From Amphiscolops sp. MND2022 (lineage: Eukaryota), in assembly GCA_964187785.1 (NCBI GenBank), contig OZ076414.1:60326001-60390000 (forward strand): DNA of 64,000 nucleotides, given 5' to 3'. The translations under genes were made by a program, and so were the position numbers. Shown piece after piece: positions 10,931 through 23,595 of this stretch (position 1 is its first letter; the number at the start of each line of letters is the position of its first letter). The notes under the pieces are model-generated. The model had not been told where the DNA came from. It worked only from the letters and a program-made list of their open reading frames with translations, and searched no databases.

Positions 10931-13901
10931 TCAATTAAATTTTTCTTTGGCTTTCCACTCAATCCTTCCCCTTCACAAAGTGGAACAACAGTTAACTAAA
11001 TTCGAAGGTTGAATTACACTTCCTCTAACTAAACTACTGTGTCTTTGGGTTTTGGAGCTAGTAGCTCGTGATTGTCTTATATGTTCTAAGTTAGGAGTAG
11101 TTGGCTCTCAGAAACTCTAGACTCCCGGTTACATGCATTGGTGCTAATCACCACTAATCAGAACAGAAAGGTTTACTTCCCCACTAACTGGAGATAGTTA
11201 TTCTACCAAGATCAAGCACAAGTTTTTTTTGAGATACTACTTGGAGGATGCTAAGGCTAACTCACTCTAAACTGGGTTTTATCCAGCCGCAGACTATGTG
11301 ATTAGAATGAACAAAAAGGTTTTAGTACGTTGGCTGGAATTCCGGGAGATATATCCCACGAATCGTCACACTGCACTTCTCCGAACGTACTCGATGTCAC
11401 TCGCACTGCCTTATTTCTGGGGAATACAAGTAGGGTTACTGCTAAAGGGGATTCGGGAAAAAGACCTTGGGGTGAGTAGGTGCTGGGACATTAGCTAGAG
11501 AGGGTGTTTTACTATTCTGATCGCCGTGCGATCCCTGGAAACTTGGATCTTAACACTTCTCAATGCTACTGTTCTTGATGTTCTGTTTCGAGACGCGCCG
11601 CGTCCAAAGTCTAAGTTTCTTGGGAAGCTACTAAATGCTTTCTAGCCTTCACACGGTACTTCCCACTTGAAATGTACGTGGCTGCAGCTATTAATTCGTA
11701 CTTAGATGACTTTGGTGGCCGTAGGTGGAAAGAGCACGATTTTGGTGTTTTTCACTTCTATGTCTCGCAAACAGTTTTTTGACAAACCCAAGACCTTAGG
11801 GTTTTGCTAGCTCTATTCTTATTGCCTCAACTAGACGTGCTATGGGTGTCTAGTGTGGAACTAGGGTCGCTTGAGTCTTCCCTTACGACTACGCCTACGA
11901 GAGATTTGATATTTTTCGCGTCTGGGGAAGGTGAAAATCACTTCTAGAGCTGCTATCGACCTGATAATTCAACACGGTATACTATAATAGCCAAATCGTG
12001 GGAAAATCACCGCCGATTGCACCAAAATTGAATATACGTGACTTGGGATCGTTTAACAATGTTGTTGCGAAAATCGACTATGTTGTGAAATTCACACAAG
12101 TTCGTCAAACTCGCCTTCTAGGCTTCCTAGCAACTTGAAATTTTGTATGCGAGCGTGAATTATGCCCACGTAACAGAAAAACAACTTAGTGAGGTGCCCG
12201 ATTCAAAATTCTGCAATCCGAGTTGACAAAACTATGATGTACCCTATGTGTCACTTTTTGGGGACAAAATTCACAAAAGTGTCAATTTCTCCAAGTTGGA
12301 CAGTAGCAAGCTGCTCAAAATGCTCAAATCGTCAGGATCTAGTGCCGTACGTACGAAAATGCAAGAATTTTAGTGCTGGGGTACTCCGAAGGTATAGCAC
12401 TATGCTCAACTAAAATTCGATTTTTTCGACAATTTCGTACAAATTTTGAGCAAAACTGCGGCTAAGATTTCTCAATCACTAGTAACGGTAGCGCTAGGAA
12501 AAGTACAACACTAACGTAACTTTTTACGGTCCGCACGATGGTGCAATCCGTTTTAGACTACTCCTGCTAGGAGAGATTTCGACCTGTCTCAGGAACACTA
12601 TTCCAGTGTACCGATATTGTCACTGAAATAACACGTTTTTGGCTATTTCTCGGCAACCTCTGGTTGGAATCACTCGCGGTTTTCTGCGTTTGCAATGTTA
12701 TACTTTATACTAACAGAAAATGGGCAAGCGAAACCTGGCAAAATCCAAATAAGGTGTCTCTCAATAATTTTTCAAGTTACACCTTTTTCACTCTGGGAAC
12801 ACATATGAAAAACACGTATTTTCCCTAGGAACTTTTTATTTCTCGGTTCCCAGATGTTCGGTATAGTTCTAATAGTACAGTAGGAAGGAGTAATAACTTT
12901 ATTCGGGGGACTGGGATTGTTTCAATTTTTAGTTTTGATGTTATAACTCTCAGGTCTATGGGGTCGTCTACTCAGGTCTATGTATTTATTCTAAACTCTT
13001 CTAAAGTTTAAATTTATATTGGGGAATGCTAAAACCTGTCTTGGCAGTAATGTTCCGTACCACCAAGTTCGGGAACAATGTTTTTGGGCCAATCAAAAAG
13101 CTTGGGAACAAACGCCCAAGGCTTCGCCCTCACCAATTTTGGCCTATTAGGCCAAAATTGATGTTTTTTACACAAAAATTGCTCAATTTTTCGATGCTTC
13201 AGAAATTTAGTCCAGCAAATTTTTTTGTTCCTGACCTAGCAGGTCTAGTGGAACGTTTTTATTGTATTCCCACTGGCCGTATTCTATTTTACAAATTTTT
13301 GACTCTCAAAATTAGTAAAATTGAGGTTTGAGTTATAGATAAGCTGATTTTCTGGGTTTTCGCGCTCAAACTTTTTCACAACCGGTCCAAACACCCGCTG
13401 GGTATTTTTCTCAGCTAGTTTTCGTGAAAATAGGCCTGGGAATATGTTTTTTGGGCTTCAGAATTAAGAAACTTGGTGATTTCACCCGTTTGACGGGGGT
13501 ACACTGCAATCACGAGGGTACGGCAGGAGTCGTCGTGTAGGACGTCACCACGTCATCACAGCTGATGGAAACCTTCAGCGTTCGTCCTCTCGGTCCCCAT
13601 ACATTGCATTTCAGCTAAAATGAGGCTACAGAACCCTTTAAAACAGAATTTGGCGAGGCCGGATGTTCAATTTCAACAGATAGAAACGGTTTTTAATCGG
13701 TACTCTGTTATAAATCGGTTATTTCTCATTTCAGACCCTGGAAACATGCAGGAAACGCAGGAAAAACACTAGTACAAAGCCTGTAAAGCTAGAATAAGGC
13801 ATTAAAAACAATCTAGGACTCTCCAGAAAGTTTTCCTAGATCCAGACCTAGCAGGGCCAGAAAACAGGGAAAACTCCTATAATGGCGAAAAGATGGAAAA
13901 T

Positions 13902-13919
13902 GTCCCTTGTGGGGCGCCA
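13902..13919 (-). promoter_or_regulatory. Primer-binding-site-like 18-mer TGGCGCCCCACAAGGGAC (Lys/Arg-type tRNA)
   Basis: Complement fits tRNA 3'-end geometry (CCA, G73, C61, pyrimidine 60) and resembles the tRNA-Lys3 PBS TGGCGCCCGAACAGGGAC. It lies 16 nt from the LTR end, which is unusually far. Confidence 0.55.
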
Positions 13920-13935
13920 TAAAAACTATCCTAGA

Positions 13936-14641
13936 TGTAACGTCAAGCTAGCAGCCACATTCTAGAACTGGGATAATGCTCAGGATGCCTTAAAAGAGAC
14001 CAGTGTCTTATAACAACCTAAACATCAGCTTTTCATCCCAAAAAGGTCTCAGTAGGGACTTTTCCAAGACGCCGTGGAGACTCCTCATATTAGAGCTCCG
14101 TGGCAACGTGCCGGCACACTCAAAGTCCGGACACGTCCCACAAGCACGTAAAAACGTATTCTAAAGAGTTCCTGCGGTCCTACATGCCTCCAAGGTCCGA
14201 AAACAGGGTTTTAGTCTGAAAGCAATCTATTATGAAAATAACCTTCAAAAGTACCAGCACAATGATCTAGCAGATCCTGCATTGCCATTAATCTGCAAAT
14301 GAACAATAATAACATGATAATCAATCAAAATTGACATTTCCAACGTTCTCTCATTGATTCCACAATTCTCCAGTTTTTCTTCGAATATAGGATATCTGGA
14401 TCCCGGGCCATTTTGTCGTAAAGAAGTTGCAATTTCCGAGTGAGATGGCACAGTTCCGAGTCTCACTATTTGTCTCTCTATTGGTGTGTCGTATTCTCGT
14501 CTTTTTTTGTCTTGCGCGGATCTCCTTTTTGCGTTCTCTATTGTTCTTTTTCGATTTTTACGACCTGCTAGGTCGGCCATTTCGTTTCGCACACTTTTTG
14601 GTCCTTGATCGAATTTTTGGTGTCGATTGGTGGACGTTACA
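13936..14641 (-). repeat. 706-bp LTR with perfect 9-bp terminal inverted repeats
   Basis: TGTAACGTC...GACGTTACA. A diverged solo copy at 61352-62025 has the same boundaries. Confidence 0.85.
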
Positions 14642-14649
14642 TCCTCCCC
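14642..14649 (-). promoter_or_regulatory. Polypurine tract GGGGAGGA abutting the LTR start
   Basis: Minus strand reads ...AAGGGCCCGGGGAGGA|TGTAACG. Confidence 0.7.
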
Positions 14650-15815
14650 GGGCCCTTGTTTGTCGTCCTCGGCAAACGGAGAAAGGCGCTTTCTTATTCA
14701 CTTTGTAAATTTTAGCAACATCATTTTTCAACTTCTTTTTTTGAATTTTGCTGCTTCAAACTCAAAAGTCTCATGTGGCATTTTTGTCATTTTGGGAAAT
14801 GAAATGCAGTTTTGCTAAAAATTCATTCGTTTCAAGCTAGTTTAAAACTTCTTTTTGGGGGTGGTAGCACTCTCACGTCTCCTATCAGCAAAGTTAGGAA
14901 TGTTTTAATGCAAGACTTTAATTGCACTTCTTTGTTAATGGGCAGGCAGGCACCAAGCTGGGACCTACCTACTAGGTAATTGCATCAATAAGACTGCATT
15001 CAAAATTTAGTAACTAAAATAGCGCATGGTATGTTAATAATTGCACTGGGTGGGGTTAAAGTTGTACTTGGTGAGTTTGGGTTTGATTGGTTCAGTTCCA
15101 TGCTAGGACTGTTCACTGTTGGCGTCTTTTATTCAATCAGTTTGTTCTTGTGGCGCTTCGTCTATTGTTTCTGGTAGCTTATCCATTGACAGCAGTACTT
15201 GGGGGTTCACGCTGGGCAATTCATTGAGTTCTAAACCTATATCAGCTACCTCCGACTAGGATATAGATACTGGTATGTTTTCTGGACTGTATTGTGGCAT
15301 CGTTACGTCATTGTCTGGAACAATTATATTGTCTTTTGACACCCGATTGGCTTGATTAGTATCATTGGTGGATGTATCCATGTTCGCTGCTGTGATAACT
15401 TGCGGGGTATCTTCTGGAATCATGGTAGATACTACAGATGTTGCTCTGCCACTGGCAGAGTTTTCTTCCTGTCCCAGTGCCTGTCATTCTGCGGAGGAGC
15501 CCACCGGGCATTACTCTAGCAGCTGGTTGGCAAGGTCTTGGCGTCCATATCTCTTGAATGTGTCTTTATGGGCTTCTACTGCAGTTAGATAGTCTGTGCA
15601 CACTGAGCTGTTTTCCTCTTGTTACTTAGCTATCAGCTTCATAAAGATTTCCATCGCCATTTTCGGGTTGCTTGGAGCTTCTGTGTTGATGGGCAAGACT
15701 TTTTGTTTCGGTTCTTTGGCGATTTTAGGTATGGTTGCATTTAGCATTTGGTAATTGCGACAGATAGTCTGGTGTGCTATTGGAGGATTTGTCCAGCATG
15801 TGATGTTGGTCAAGG

Positions 15816-16750
15816 CTACTGCGGTGTTATCCATTGGTCTCGTCCGGGGGTTTTACATGCGGGAGGTGTCTTGAGTTTTTTGATGTTGAAGCTTTTCCGG
15901 CGTTGTACCCTTTTTCGTCCTCCCAGGCGTTGTACAGCGTTAGTCAAAACTCTCAGGATTCCTGGTTCATCCCAGCTGGCAAAATCTTGAAAAGCACCAG
16001 TACTGGGGTTGATGGGGCATGCAACCATTCTACAGGGTGGAGTTCTAATGACATTGGTATTGTGCACCGCGCTCTGGCTCGGATCAGAGTTACGAAGTTG
16101 TGCTCGACTTGCTTCTTGTCTTTGATAATGGTGTACGCCATTGGGGGTCGAAAGTTGGCAAAGTCGTGTACTAGCGTCTGAAATCCAGGTGGTTTGGCAT
16201 CGTCCTGAGGATCCACAAAGTGCAGTATTGATAGTGTGGGTGAACTAGCAGCTATTCGGAGTGGTTCTGTAGGGTAGCTGAGAGCCATCTTGGGACCAAT
16301 TATAGGCCATACTATCGGAGCAATCACTGGGATTAAATCTTCAGTTTCCACTAGCATTAGGCTGGCAACTTGCGAGGGGAAGAGGAAACCTGGCAGGTTT
16401 TTGTCGTTATTTTGCTGGTTCAGTGGGTCAGGATGGTCTATGGTGATCATGATGCCTGAGACGTTCAACCACGCTGAATAGATCCAGGCCAGCATTGATT
16501 CGATGTTTTCTGCTAGTTGAGCATTGAGCTTCAGAGCGCCTGCGGGATCCAGCGTTTTAAGAATAGCGTTGATCCAGCCTCGTTGGTTTCTCGCAAATAT
16601 TAAAAAGCTAAGCAGGCAAGAGTTGGCTTTGCTCAGAACTCGTTTCTGTACCAGGTGTGTTGAGCCTTTATAGAACGAGCTCAGGCCAGCGGCCATCAGG
16701 TAGGCGAGGACTTCACTGATCTTGGCCCGTTGCATGGCTTCCACATACAA
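15816..16750 (-). pseudogene. Retroelement 3' accessory ORF, left-arm copy split by a 1-nt indel
   Basis: Equals the 311-aa ORF 17885-18820 but lacks one base near 16015, giving 265-aa and 83-aa pieces. Confidence 0.7.
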
Positions 16751-16897
16751 CTTCGCTTGTTGCTCATCTTAGTTGTTCTCGCGCTGTACTATTTTGGGTA
16801 CCCAGAATGGTGAGATATTATACAGAAATATCGGGAATGGGATTCCAGGACGTTCGGCCACTTCGGCCAGGGTTTCCTGTAGTTCTAGAAGCCATGA

Positions 16898-17455
16898 TTA
16901 GTATGAGTGTCGTGGGTTGGTTCGATTTTCCTGTGCTGTTTTCGGAGCTAATATTGATAGCAGCACTAAGGTTGGAGAGACCATGTTTGGTTTTGAGTCA
17001 ATTGCTTGTGTCGCTACTGGGAAGACAGTCACTTCAGTGCGAGTTTGTCTGATCTCCTCTGTCTTCTTGGAGAGAGCTACAAGCTCTTTATGGAATTTCG
17101 CGTTGTGCATCTTCTCGTCCAGAGTTGACTCGTCTCTTTTTTCGAACCATATGTTGTCAATCATGTTCGCTCTCTCGTTTTCGTTTGGGTTTCTGTTGCG
17201 GCGCATCCCATTATTGTCAAAGGTGCGGTGTGCCATTTGCATCCCAAAGTCGAAGGCGGTGACATCATCGGCTGTCAATTGCGAGTTTCCTTGGTATCCA
17301 GTATAGGCTTGTAGAGCCTTTGATATTTCAGCCAAGAGTGCAGAGTATGAATTCTCACATGGGCGCCAGGTCATGGCACTGACCCTTAGGTTCGGGGCTA
17401 CAATGTAAAAATGAAGGTTCTGGGCGTGGGCGGCTTCCGATAGTAGATACAACAA
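16898..17455 (-). CDS. Retroelement 3' accessory ORF of unknown function, unique to the inverted-repeat spacer
   Basis: 185-aa ORF upstream of, and co-oriented with, the 311-aa ORF. It probably extends upstream through a (TA)n frameshift (GVIFVSPPGY...LQQLLYLL). Confidence 0.5.
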   Translation of the reverse strand: MLYLLSEAAHAQNLHFYIVAPNLRVSAMTWRPCENSYSALLAEISKALQAYTGYQGNSQLTADDVTAFDFGMQMAHRTFDNNGMRRNRNPNENERANMIDNIWFEKRDESTLDEKMHNAKFHKELVALSKKTEEIRQTRTEVTVFPVATQAIDSKPNMVSPTLVLLSILAPKTAQENRTNPRHSY

Positions 17456-17563
17456 TTGTTGGAGTGGTAGTGGTAGATATATATATATCCTGGGGGTGAC
17501 ACGAAGATTACGCCTACTGTTAGCTTCTTTCTCTGTCCTTTCCCAATCACATTCCTCATGGTT

Positions 17564-17763
17564 NNNNNNNNNNNNNNNNNNNNNNNNNNNNNNNNNNNNN
17601 NNNNNNNNNNNNNNNNNNNNNNNNNNNNNNNNNNNNNNNNNNNNNNNNNNNNNNNNNNNNNNNNNNNNNNNNNNNNNNNNNNNNNNNNNNNNNNNNNNNN
17701 NNNNNNNNNNNNNNNNNNNNNNNNNNNNNNNNNNNNNNNNNNNNNNNNNNNNNNNNNNNNNNN
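17564..17763. other. Assembly gap of 200 N
   Basis: Run of exactly 200 N, a fixed scaffold-join length. Confidence 0.99.
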
Positions 17764-17884
17764 CCTGGCCGAAGTGGCCGAACGTCCTGGAATCCCATTC
17801 CCGATATTTCTGTATAATATCTCACCATTCTGGGTACCCAAAATAGTACAGCGCGAGAACAACTAAGATGAGCAACAAGCGAAG

Positions 17885-18820
17885 TTGTATGTGGAAGCCA
17901 TGCAACGGGCCAAGATCAGTGAAGTCCTCGCCTACCTGATGGCCGCTGGCCTGAGCTCGTTCTATAAAGGCTCAACACACCTGGTACAGAAACGAGTTCT
18001 GAGCAAAGCCAACTCTTGCCTGCTTAGCTTTTTAATATTTGCGAGAAAGCAACGAGGCTGGATCAACGCAATTCTTGAAACGCTGGATCCCGCAGGCGCT
18101 CTGAAGCTCAATGCTCAACTAGCAGAAAACATCGAATCAATGCTGGCCTGGATCTATTCAGCGTGGTTGAACGTCTCAGGCATCATGATCACCATAGACC
18201 ATCCTGACCCACTGAACCAGCAAAATAACGACAAAAACCTACCAGGTTTCCTCTTCCCCTCGCAAGTTGCCAGCCTAATGCTAGTGGAAACTGAAGATTT
18301 AATCCCAGTGATTGCTCCGATTGTATGGCCTATAATTGGTCCCAAGATGGCTCTCAGCTACCCTACACAACCACTCCGAATAGCTGCTAGTTCACCCACA
18401 CTATCAATACTGCACTTTGTGGATCCTCAGGACGATGCCAAACCACCTGGATTTCAGACGCTAGTACACGACTTTGCCAACTTTCGACCCCCAATGGCGT
18501 ACACCATTATCAAAGACAAGAAGCAAGTCGAGCACAACTTCGTAACTCTGATCCGAGCCAGAGCGCGGTGCACAATACCAATGTCATTAGAACTCCACCC
18601 TGTAGAATGGTTGCATGCCTCCATCAACCCCAGTACAGGTGCTTTTCAAGATTTTGCCAGCTGGGATGAACCAGGAATCCTGAGAGTTTTGACTAACGCT
18701 GTACAACGCCTGGGAGGACGAAAAAGGGTACAACGCCGGAAAAGCTTCAACATCAAAAAACTCAAGACACCTCCCGCATGTAAAACCCCCGGACGAGACC
18801 AATGGATAACACCGCAGTAG
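17885..18820 (+). CDS. 311-aa retroelement 3' accessory ORF, unknown function
   Basis: Intact in this arm. In frame with upstream sequence across one TAA (ENN*DEQQAK). Degenerate in-frame remains continue toward about 19500. Lies upstream of the PPT-LTR. Confidence 0.6.
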   Translation: MYVEAMQRAKISEVLAYLMAAGLSSFYKGSTHLVQKRVLSKANSCLLSFLIFARKQRGWINAILETLDPAGALKLNAQLAENIESMLAWIYSAWLNVSGIMITIDHPDPLNQQNNDKNLPGFLFPSQVASLMLVETEDLIPVIAPIVWPIIGPKMALSYPTQPLRIAASSPTLSILHFVDPQDDAKPPGFQTLVHDFANFRPPMAYTIIKDKKQVEHNFVTLIRARARCTIPMSLELHPVEWLHASINPSTGAFQDFASWDEPGILRVLTNAVQRLGGRKRVQRRKSFNIKKLKTPPACKTPGRDQWITPQ

Positions 18821-19994
18821 CCTTGACCAACATCACATGCTGGACAAATCCTCCAATAGCACACCAGACTATCTGTCGCAATTACCAAATGCTAAATGCA
18901 ACCATACCTAAAATCGCCAAAGAACCGAAACAAAAAGTCTTGCCCATCAACACAGAAGCTCCAAGCAACCCGAAAATGGCGATGGAAATCTTTATGAAGC
19001 TGATAGCTAAGTAACAAGAGGAAAACAGCTCAGTGTGCACAGACTATCTAACTGCAGTAGAAGCCCATAAAGACACATTCAAGAGATATGGACGCCAAGA
19101 CCTTGCCAACCAGCTGCTAGAGTAATGCCCGGTGGGCTCCTCCGCAGAATGACAGGCACTGGGACAGGAAGAAAACTCTGCCAGTGGCAGAGCAACATCT
19201 GTAGTATCTACCACGATTCCAGAAGATACCCCGCAAGTTATCACAGCAGCGAACATGGATACATCCACCAATGATACTAATCAAGCCAATCGGGTGTCAA
19301 AAGACAATATAATTGTTCCAGACAATGACGTAACGATGCCACAATACAGTCCAGAAAACATACCAGTATCTATATCCTAGTCGGAGGTAGCTGATATAGA
19401 TTTAGAACTCAATGAATTGTCCAGCGTGAACCCCCAAGAACTGCTGTCAATGGATAAGCTACCAGAAACATTAGACGAAGCGCCACAAGAACAAACTGAT
19501 TGAATAAAAGACGCCAACAGTGAACAGTCCTAGCATGGAACTGAACCAATCAAACCCAAACTCACCAAGTACAACTTTAACCCCACCCAGTGCAATTATT
19601 AAAATACCATGCGCTATTTTAGTTACTAAATTTTGAATGCAGTCTTATTGATGCAATTACCTAGTAGGTAGGTCCCAGCTTGGTGCCTGCCTGCCCATTA
19701 ACAAAGAAGTGCAATTAAAGTCTTGCATTAAAACATTCCTAACTTTGCTGATAGGAGACGTGAGAGTGCTACCACCCCCAAAAAGAAGTTTTAAACTAGC
19801 TTGAAACGAATGAATTTTTAGCAAAACTGCATTTCATTTCCCAAAATGACAAAAATGCCACATGAGACTTTTGAGTTTGAAGCAGCAAAATTCAAAAAAA
19901 GAAGTTGAAAAATGATGTTGCTAAAATTTACAAAGTGAATAAGAAAGCGCCTTTCTCCGTTTGCCGAGGACGACAAACAAGGGCCCGGGGAGGA

Positions 19995-20699
19995 TGTAAC
20001 GTCCACCAATCGACACCAAAAATTCGATCAAGGACCAAAAAGTGTGCGAAACCAAATGGCCGACCTAGCAGGTCGTAAAAATCGAAAAAGAACAATAGAG
20101 AACGCAAAAAGGAGATCCGCGCAAGACAAAAAAGACGAGAATACCACACACCAATAGAGAGACAAATAGTGAGACTCGGAACTGTGCCATCTCACTCGGA
20201 AATTGCAACTTCTTTACGACAAAATGGCCCGGGATCCAGATATCCTATATTCGAAGAAAAACTGGAGAATTGTGGAATCAATGAGAGAACGTTGGAAATG
20301 TCAATTTTGATTGATTATCATGTTATTATTGTTCATTTGCAGATTAATGGCAATGCAGGATCTGCTAGATCATTGTGCTGGTACTTTTGAAGGTTATTTT
20401 CATAATAGATTGCTTTCAGACTAAAACCCTGTTTTCGGACCTTGGAGGCATGTAGGACCGCAGGAACTCTTTAGAATACGTTTTTACGTGCTTGTGGGAC
20501 GTGTCCGGACTTTGAGTGTGCCGGCACGTTGCCACGGAGCTCTAATATGAGGAGTCTCCACGGCGTCTTGGAAAAGTCCCTACTGAGACCTTTTTGGGAT
20601 GAAAAGCTGATGTTTAGGTTGTTATAAGACACTGGTCTCTTTTAAGGCATCCTGAGCATTATCCCAGTTCTAGAATGTGGCTGCTAGCTTGACGTTACA
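19995..20699 (+). repeat. Right-arm copy of the LTR (PPT at 19987-19994, PBS-like site at 20716-20733)
   Basis: GGGGAGGA|TGTAACGTC...GACGTTACA, 16-nt spacer, then TGGCGCCCCACAAGGGAC. Confidence 0.85.
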
Positions 20700-23595
20700 T
20701 CTAGGATAGTTTTTATGGCGCCCCACAAGGGACATTTTCCATCTTTTCGCCATTATAGGAGTTTTCCCTGTTTTCTGGCCCTGCTAGGTCTGGATCTAGG
20801 AAAACTTTCTGGAGAGTCCTAGATTGTTTTTAATGCCTTATTCTAGCTTTACAGGCTTTGTACTAGTGTTTTTCCTGCGTTTCCTGCATGTTTCCAGGGT
20901 CTGAAATGAGAAATAACCGATTTATAACAGAGTACCGATTAAAAACCGTTTCTATCTGTTGAAATTGAACATCCGGCCTCACCAAATTCTGTTTTAAAGG
21001 GTTCTGTAGCCTCATTTTAGCTGAAATGCAATGTATGGGGACCGAGAGGACGAACGCTGAAGGTTTCCATCAGCTGTGATGACGTGGTGACGTCCTACAC
21101 GACGATTCCTGCCGTACCCTCGTGATTGCAGTGTACCCTCGTCAAACGGGTGAAATCACCAAGTTTCTTAATTCTGAAGCCCAAAAAACATATTCCCAGG
21201 CCTATTTTCACGAAAACTAGCTGAGAAAAATACCCAGCGGGTGTTTGGACCGGTTGTGAAAAAGTTTGAGCGCGAAAACCCAGAAAATCAGCTTATCTAT
21301 AGCTCAAACCTCAATTTTACTAATTTTGAGAGTCAAAAATTTGTAAAATAGAATACGGCCAGTGGGATTACAATAAAAACGTTCCACTAGACCTGCTAGG
21401 TCAGGAACAGAAAAATTTGCTGGACTAAATTTCTGAAGCATCGAAAAATTGAGAAATTTTTGTTGAAAAAACATCAATTTTGGCCTAATAGGCCAAAATT
21501 GGTGAGGGCGAAGCCTTGGGCGTTTGTTCCCAAGCTTTTTGATTGGCCCAAAAACATTGTTCTCGAAATTGGTGGTACGGAACATTACAGCCAAGACAGG
21601 TTTTAGCAATCCCCAATATAAATTTAAACTTTAACCCCTGATTTTCTTTGATATACATAGACCTGAGTAGACGACCCCATAGACCTGAGAGTTATAACAT
21701 CAAAACTAAAAATTGAAACAATCCCAGTCCCCCGAATAAAGTTATTACTCATTCCTACTGTACTATTAGAACTATACCGAACATCTGGGAACCGAGAAAT
21801 AAAAAGTTCCTAGGGAAAATACGTGTTTTTCATATGTGTTCCCAGAGTGAAAAAGGTGTAACTTGAAAAATTATTGAGAGACACCTTATTTGGATTTTGC
21901 CAGGTTTCGCTTGCCCATTTTCTGTTAGTATAAAGTATAACATTGCAAACGCAGAAAACCGCGAGTGATTCCAACCAGAGGTTGCCGAGAAATAGCCAAA
22001 AACGTGTTATTTCAGTGACAATATCGGTACACTGGAATAGTGTTCCTGAGACAGGTCGAAATCTCTCCTAGCAGGAGTAGTCTAAAACGGATTGCACCAT
22101 CGTGCGGACCGTAAAAAGTTACGTTAGTGGTTTACTTTTCCTAGCGCTACCGTTACTAGTGATTGAGAAATCTTAGCCGCAGTTTTGCTCAAAATTTGTA
22201 CGAAATTGTCGAAAAAATCGAATTTTAGTTGAGCATAGTGCTATACCTTCGGAGTACCCCAGCACTAAAATTTTTGCATTTTCGTACGTACGGCACTAGA
22301 TCCTGACGATTTGAGCATTTTGAGCAGCTTGCTACTGTCCAACTTGGAGAAATTGACACTTTTGTGAATTTTGTCCCCAAAAAGTGACACATAGGGTACA
22401 TCATAGTTTTGTCAACTCGGATTGCAGAATTTTGAATCGGGCACCCCACTAAATTGTTTTTCTGTTACGTGGGCATAATTCACGCTCGCATACAAAATTT
22501 CAAGTTGCTAGGAAGCCTAGAAGGCGAGTTTGACGAACTTGTGTGAATTTCACAACATAGTCGATTTTCGCAACAACATTGTTAAACGATCCCAAGTCAC
22601 GTATATTCAATTTCGGTGCAATCGGCGGTGATTTTCCCACGATTTGGCTATTATAGTATACCGTGTTGAATTATCAGGTCGATAGCAGCTCTAGAAGTGA
22701 TTTTCACCTTCCCCAGACGCGAAAAATATCAAATCTCTCGTAGGCGTAGTCGTAAGGGAAGACTCAAGCGACCCTAGTTCCACACTAGACACCCATAGCA
22801 CGTCTAGTTGAGGCAATAAGAATAGAGCTAGCAAAACCCTAAGGTCTTGGGTTTGTCAAAAAACTGTTTGCGAGACATAGAAGTGAAAAACACCAAAATC
22901 GTGCTCTTTCCACCTACGGCCACCAAAGTCATCTAAGTACGAATTAATAGCTGCAGCCACGTACATTTCAAGTGGGAAGTACCGTGTGAAGGCTAGAAAG
23001 CATTTAGTGGCTTCCCAAGAAACTTAGACTTTGGACGCGGCGCGTCTCGAAACAGAACATCAAGAACAGTAGCATTGAGAAGTGTTAAGATCCAAGTTTC
23101 CAGGGATCACACGGCGATCAGAGTAGTAAAACACCCTCTCTAGCTAATGTCCCAGCACCTACTCACCCCAAGGTCTTTTTCCCGAATCCCCTTTAGCAGT
23201 AACCCTACTTGAATTCCCCAGAAATAAGGCAGTGCGAGTGACATCGAGTACGTTCGGAGAAGTGCAGTGTGACGATTCGTGGGATATATCTCCCGGAATT
23301 CCAGCCAACGTACTAAAACCTTTTTGTTCATTCTAATCACATAGTCTGCGGCTGGATAAAACCCAGTTTAGAGTGAGTTAGCCTTAGCATCCTCCAAGTA
23401 GTATCTCAAAAAAACTTGTGCTTGATCTTGGTAGAATAACTATCTCCAGTTAGTGGGGAAGTAAACCTTTCTGTTCTGATTAGTGGTGATTAGCACCAAT
23501 GCATGTAACCGGGAGTCTAGAGTTTGTGAGAGCCAACTACTCCTAACTTAGAACATATAAGACAATCAGTTAAAAGGTGTGTGTGTTTGTTGCAG

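Larger units (their letters stand above)
1..14641 (-). mobile_element. Family A giant Ty3/Gypsy LTR retrotransposon, decayed; 3' part runs off the window start
   Basis: Minus-strand order LTR(13936-14641)-PBS-leader-gag-CCHC-protease-RT-RNaseH-integrase-accessory ORFs. RT-RH-IN order is the Gypsy arrangement. Many stops and frameshifts. Linking the LTR to gag across the 3-kb leader is an inference. Confidence 0.85.
11069..16871. repeat. Left arm of a ~5.8-kb inverted repeat (partner 17764-23568)
   Basis: Mirror-image ORFs have coordinate sums 34634-34638 throughout. Boundaries read directly (TGATTGTC at 11069 pairs with GACAATCA at 23568). Confidence 0.97.
17764..23568. repeat. Right arm of the ~5.8-kb inverted repeat
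   Basis: Reverse complement of 11069-16871 with scattered substitutions, small indels and one ~20-nt divergent patch (about 12985-13003 vs 21632-21652). Confidence 0.97.

Noticed and set aside
11298-13331. Short ORFs in the family A leader that recur in the right arm
   Set aside because: Recurrence only reflects the recent inverted repeat. They are short, use non-ATG starts and have no motifs.
17398-17866. ORFs spanning the N run
   Set aside because: Artefacts of translating the gap.
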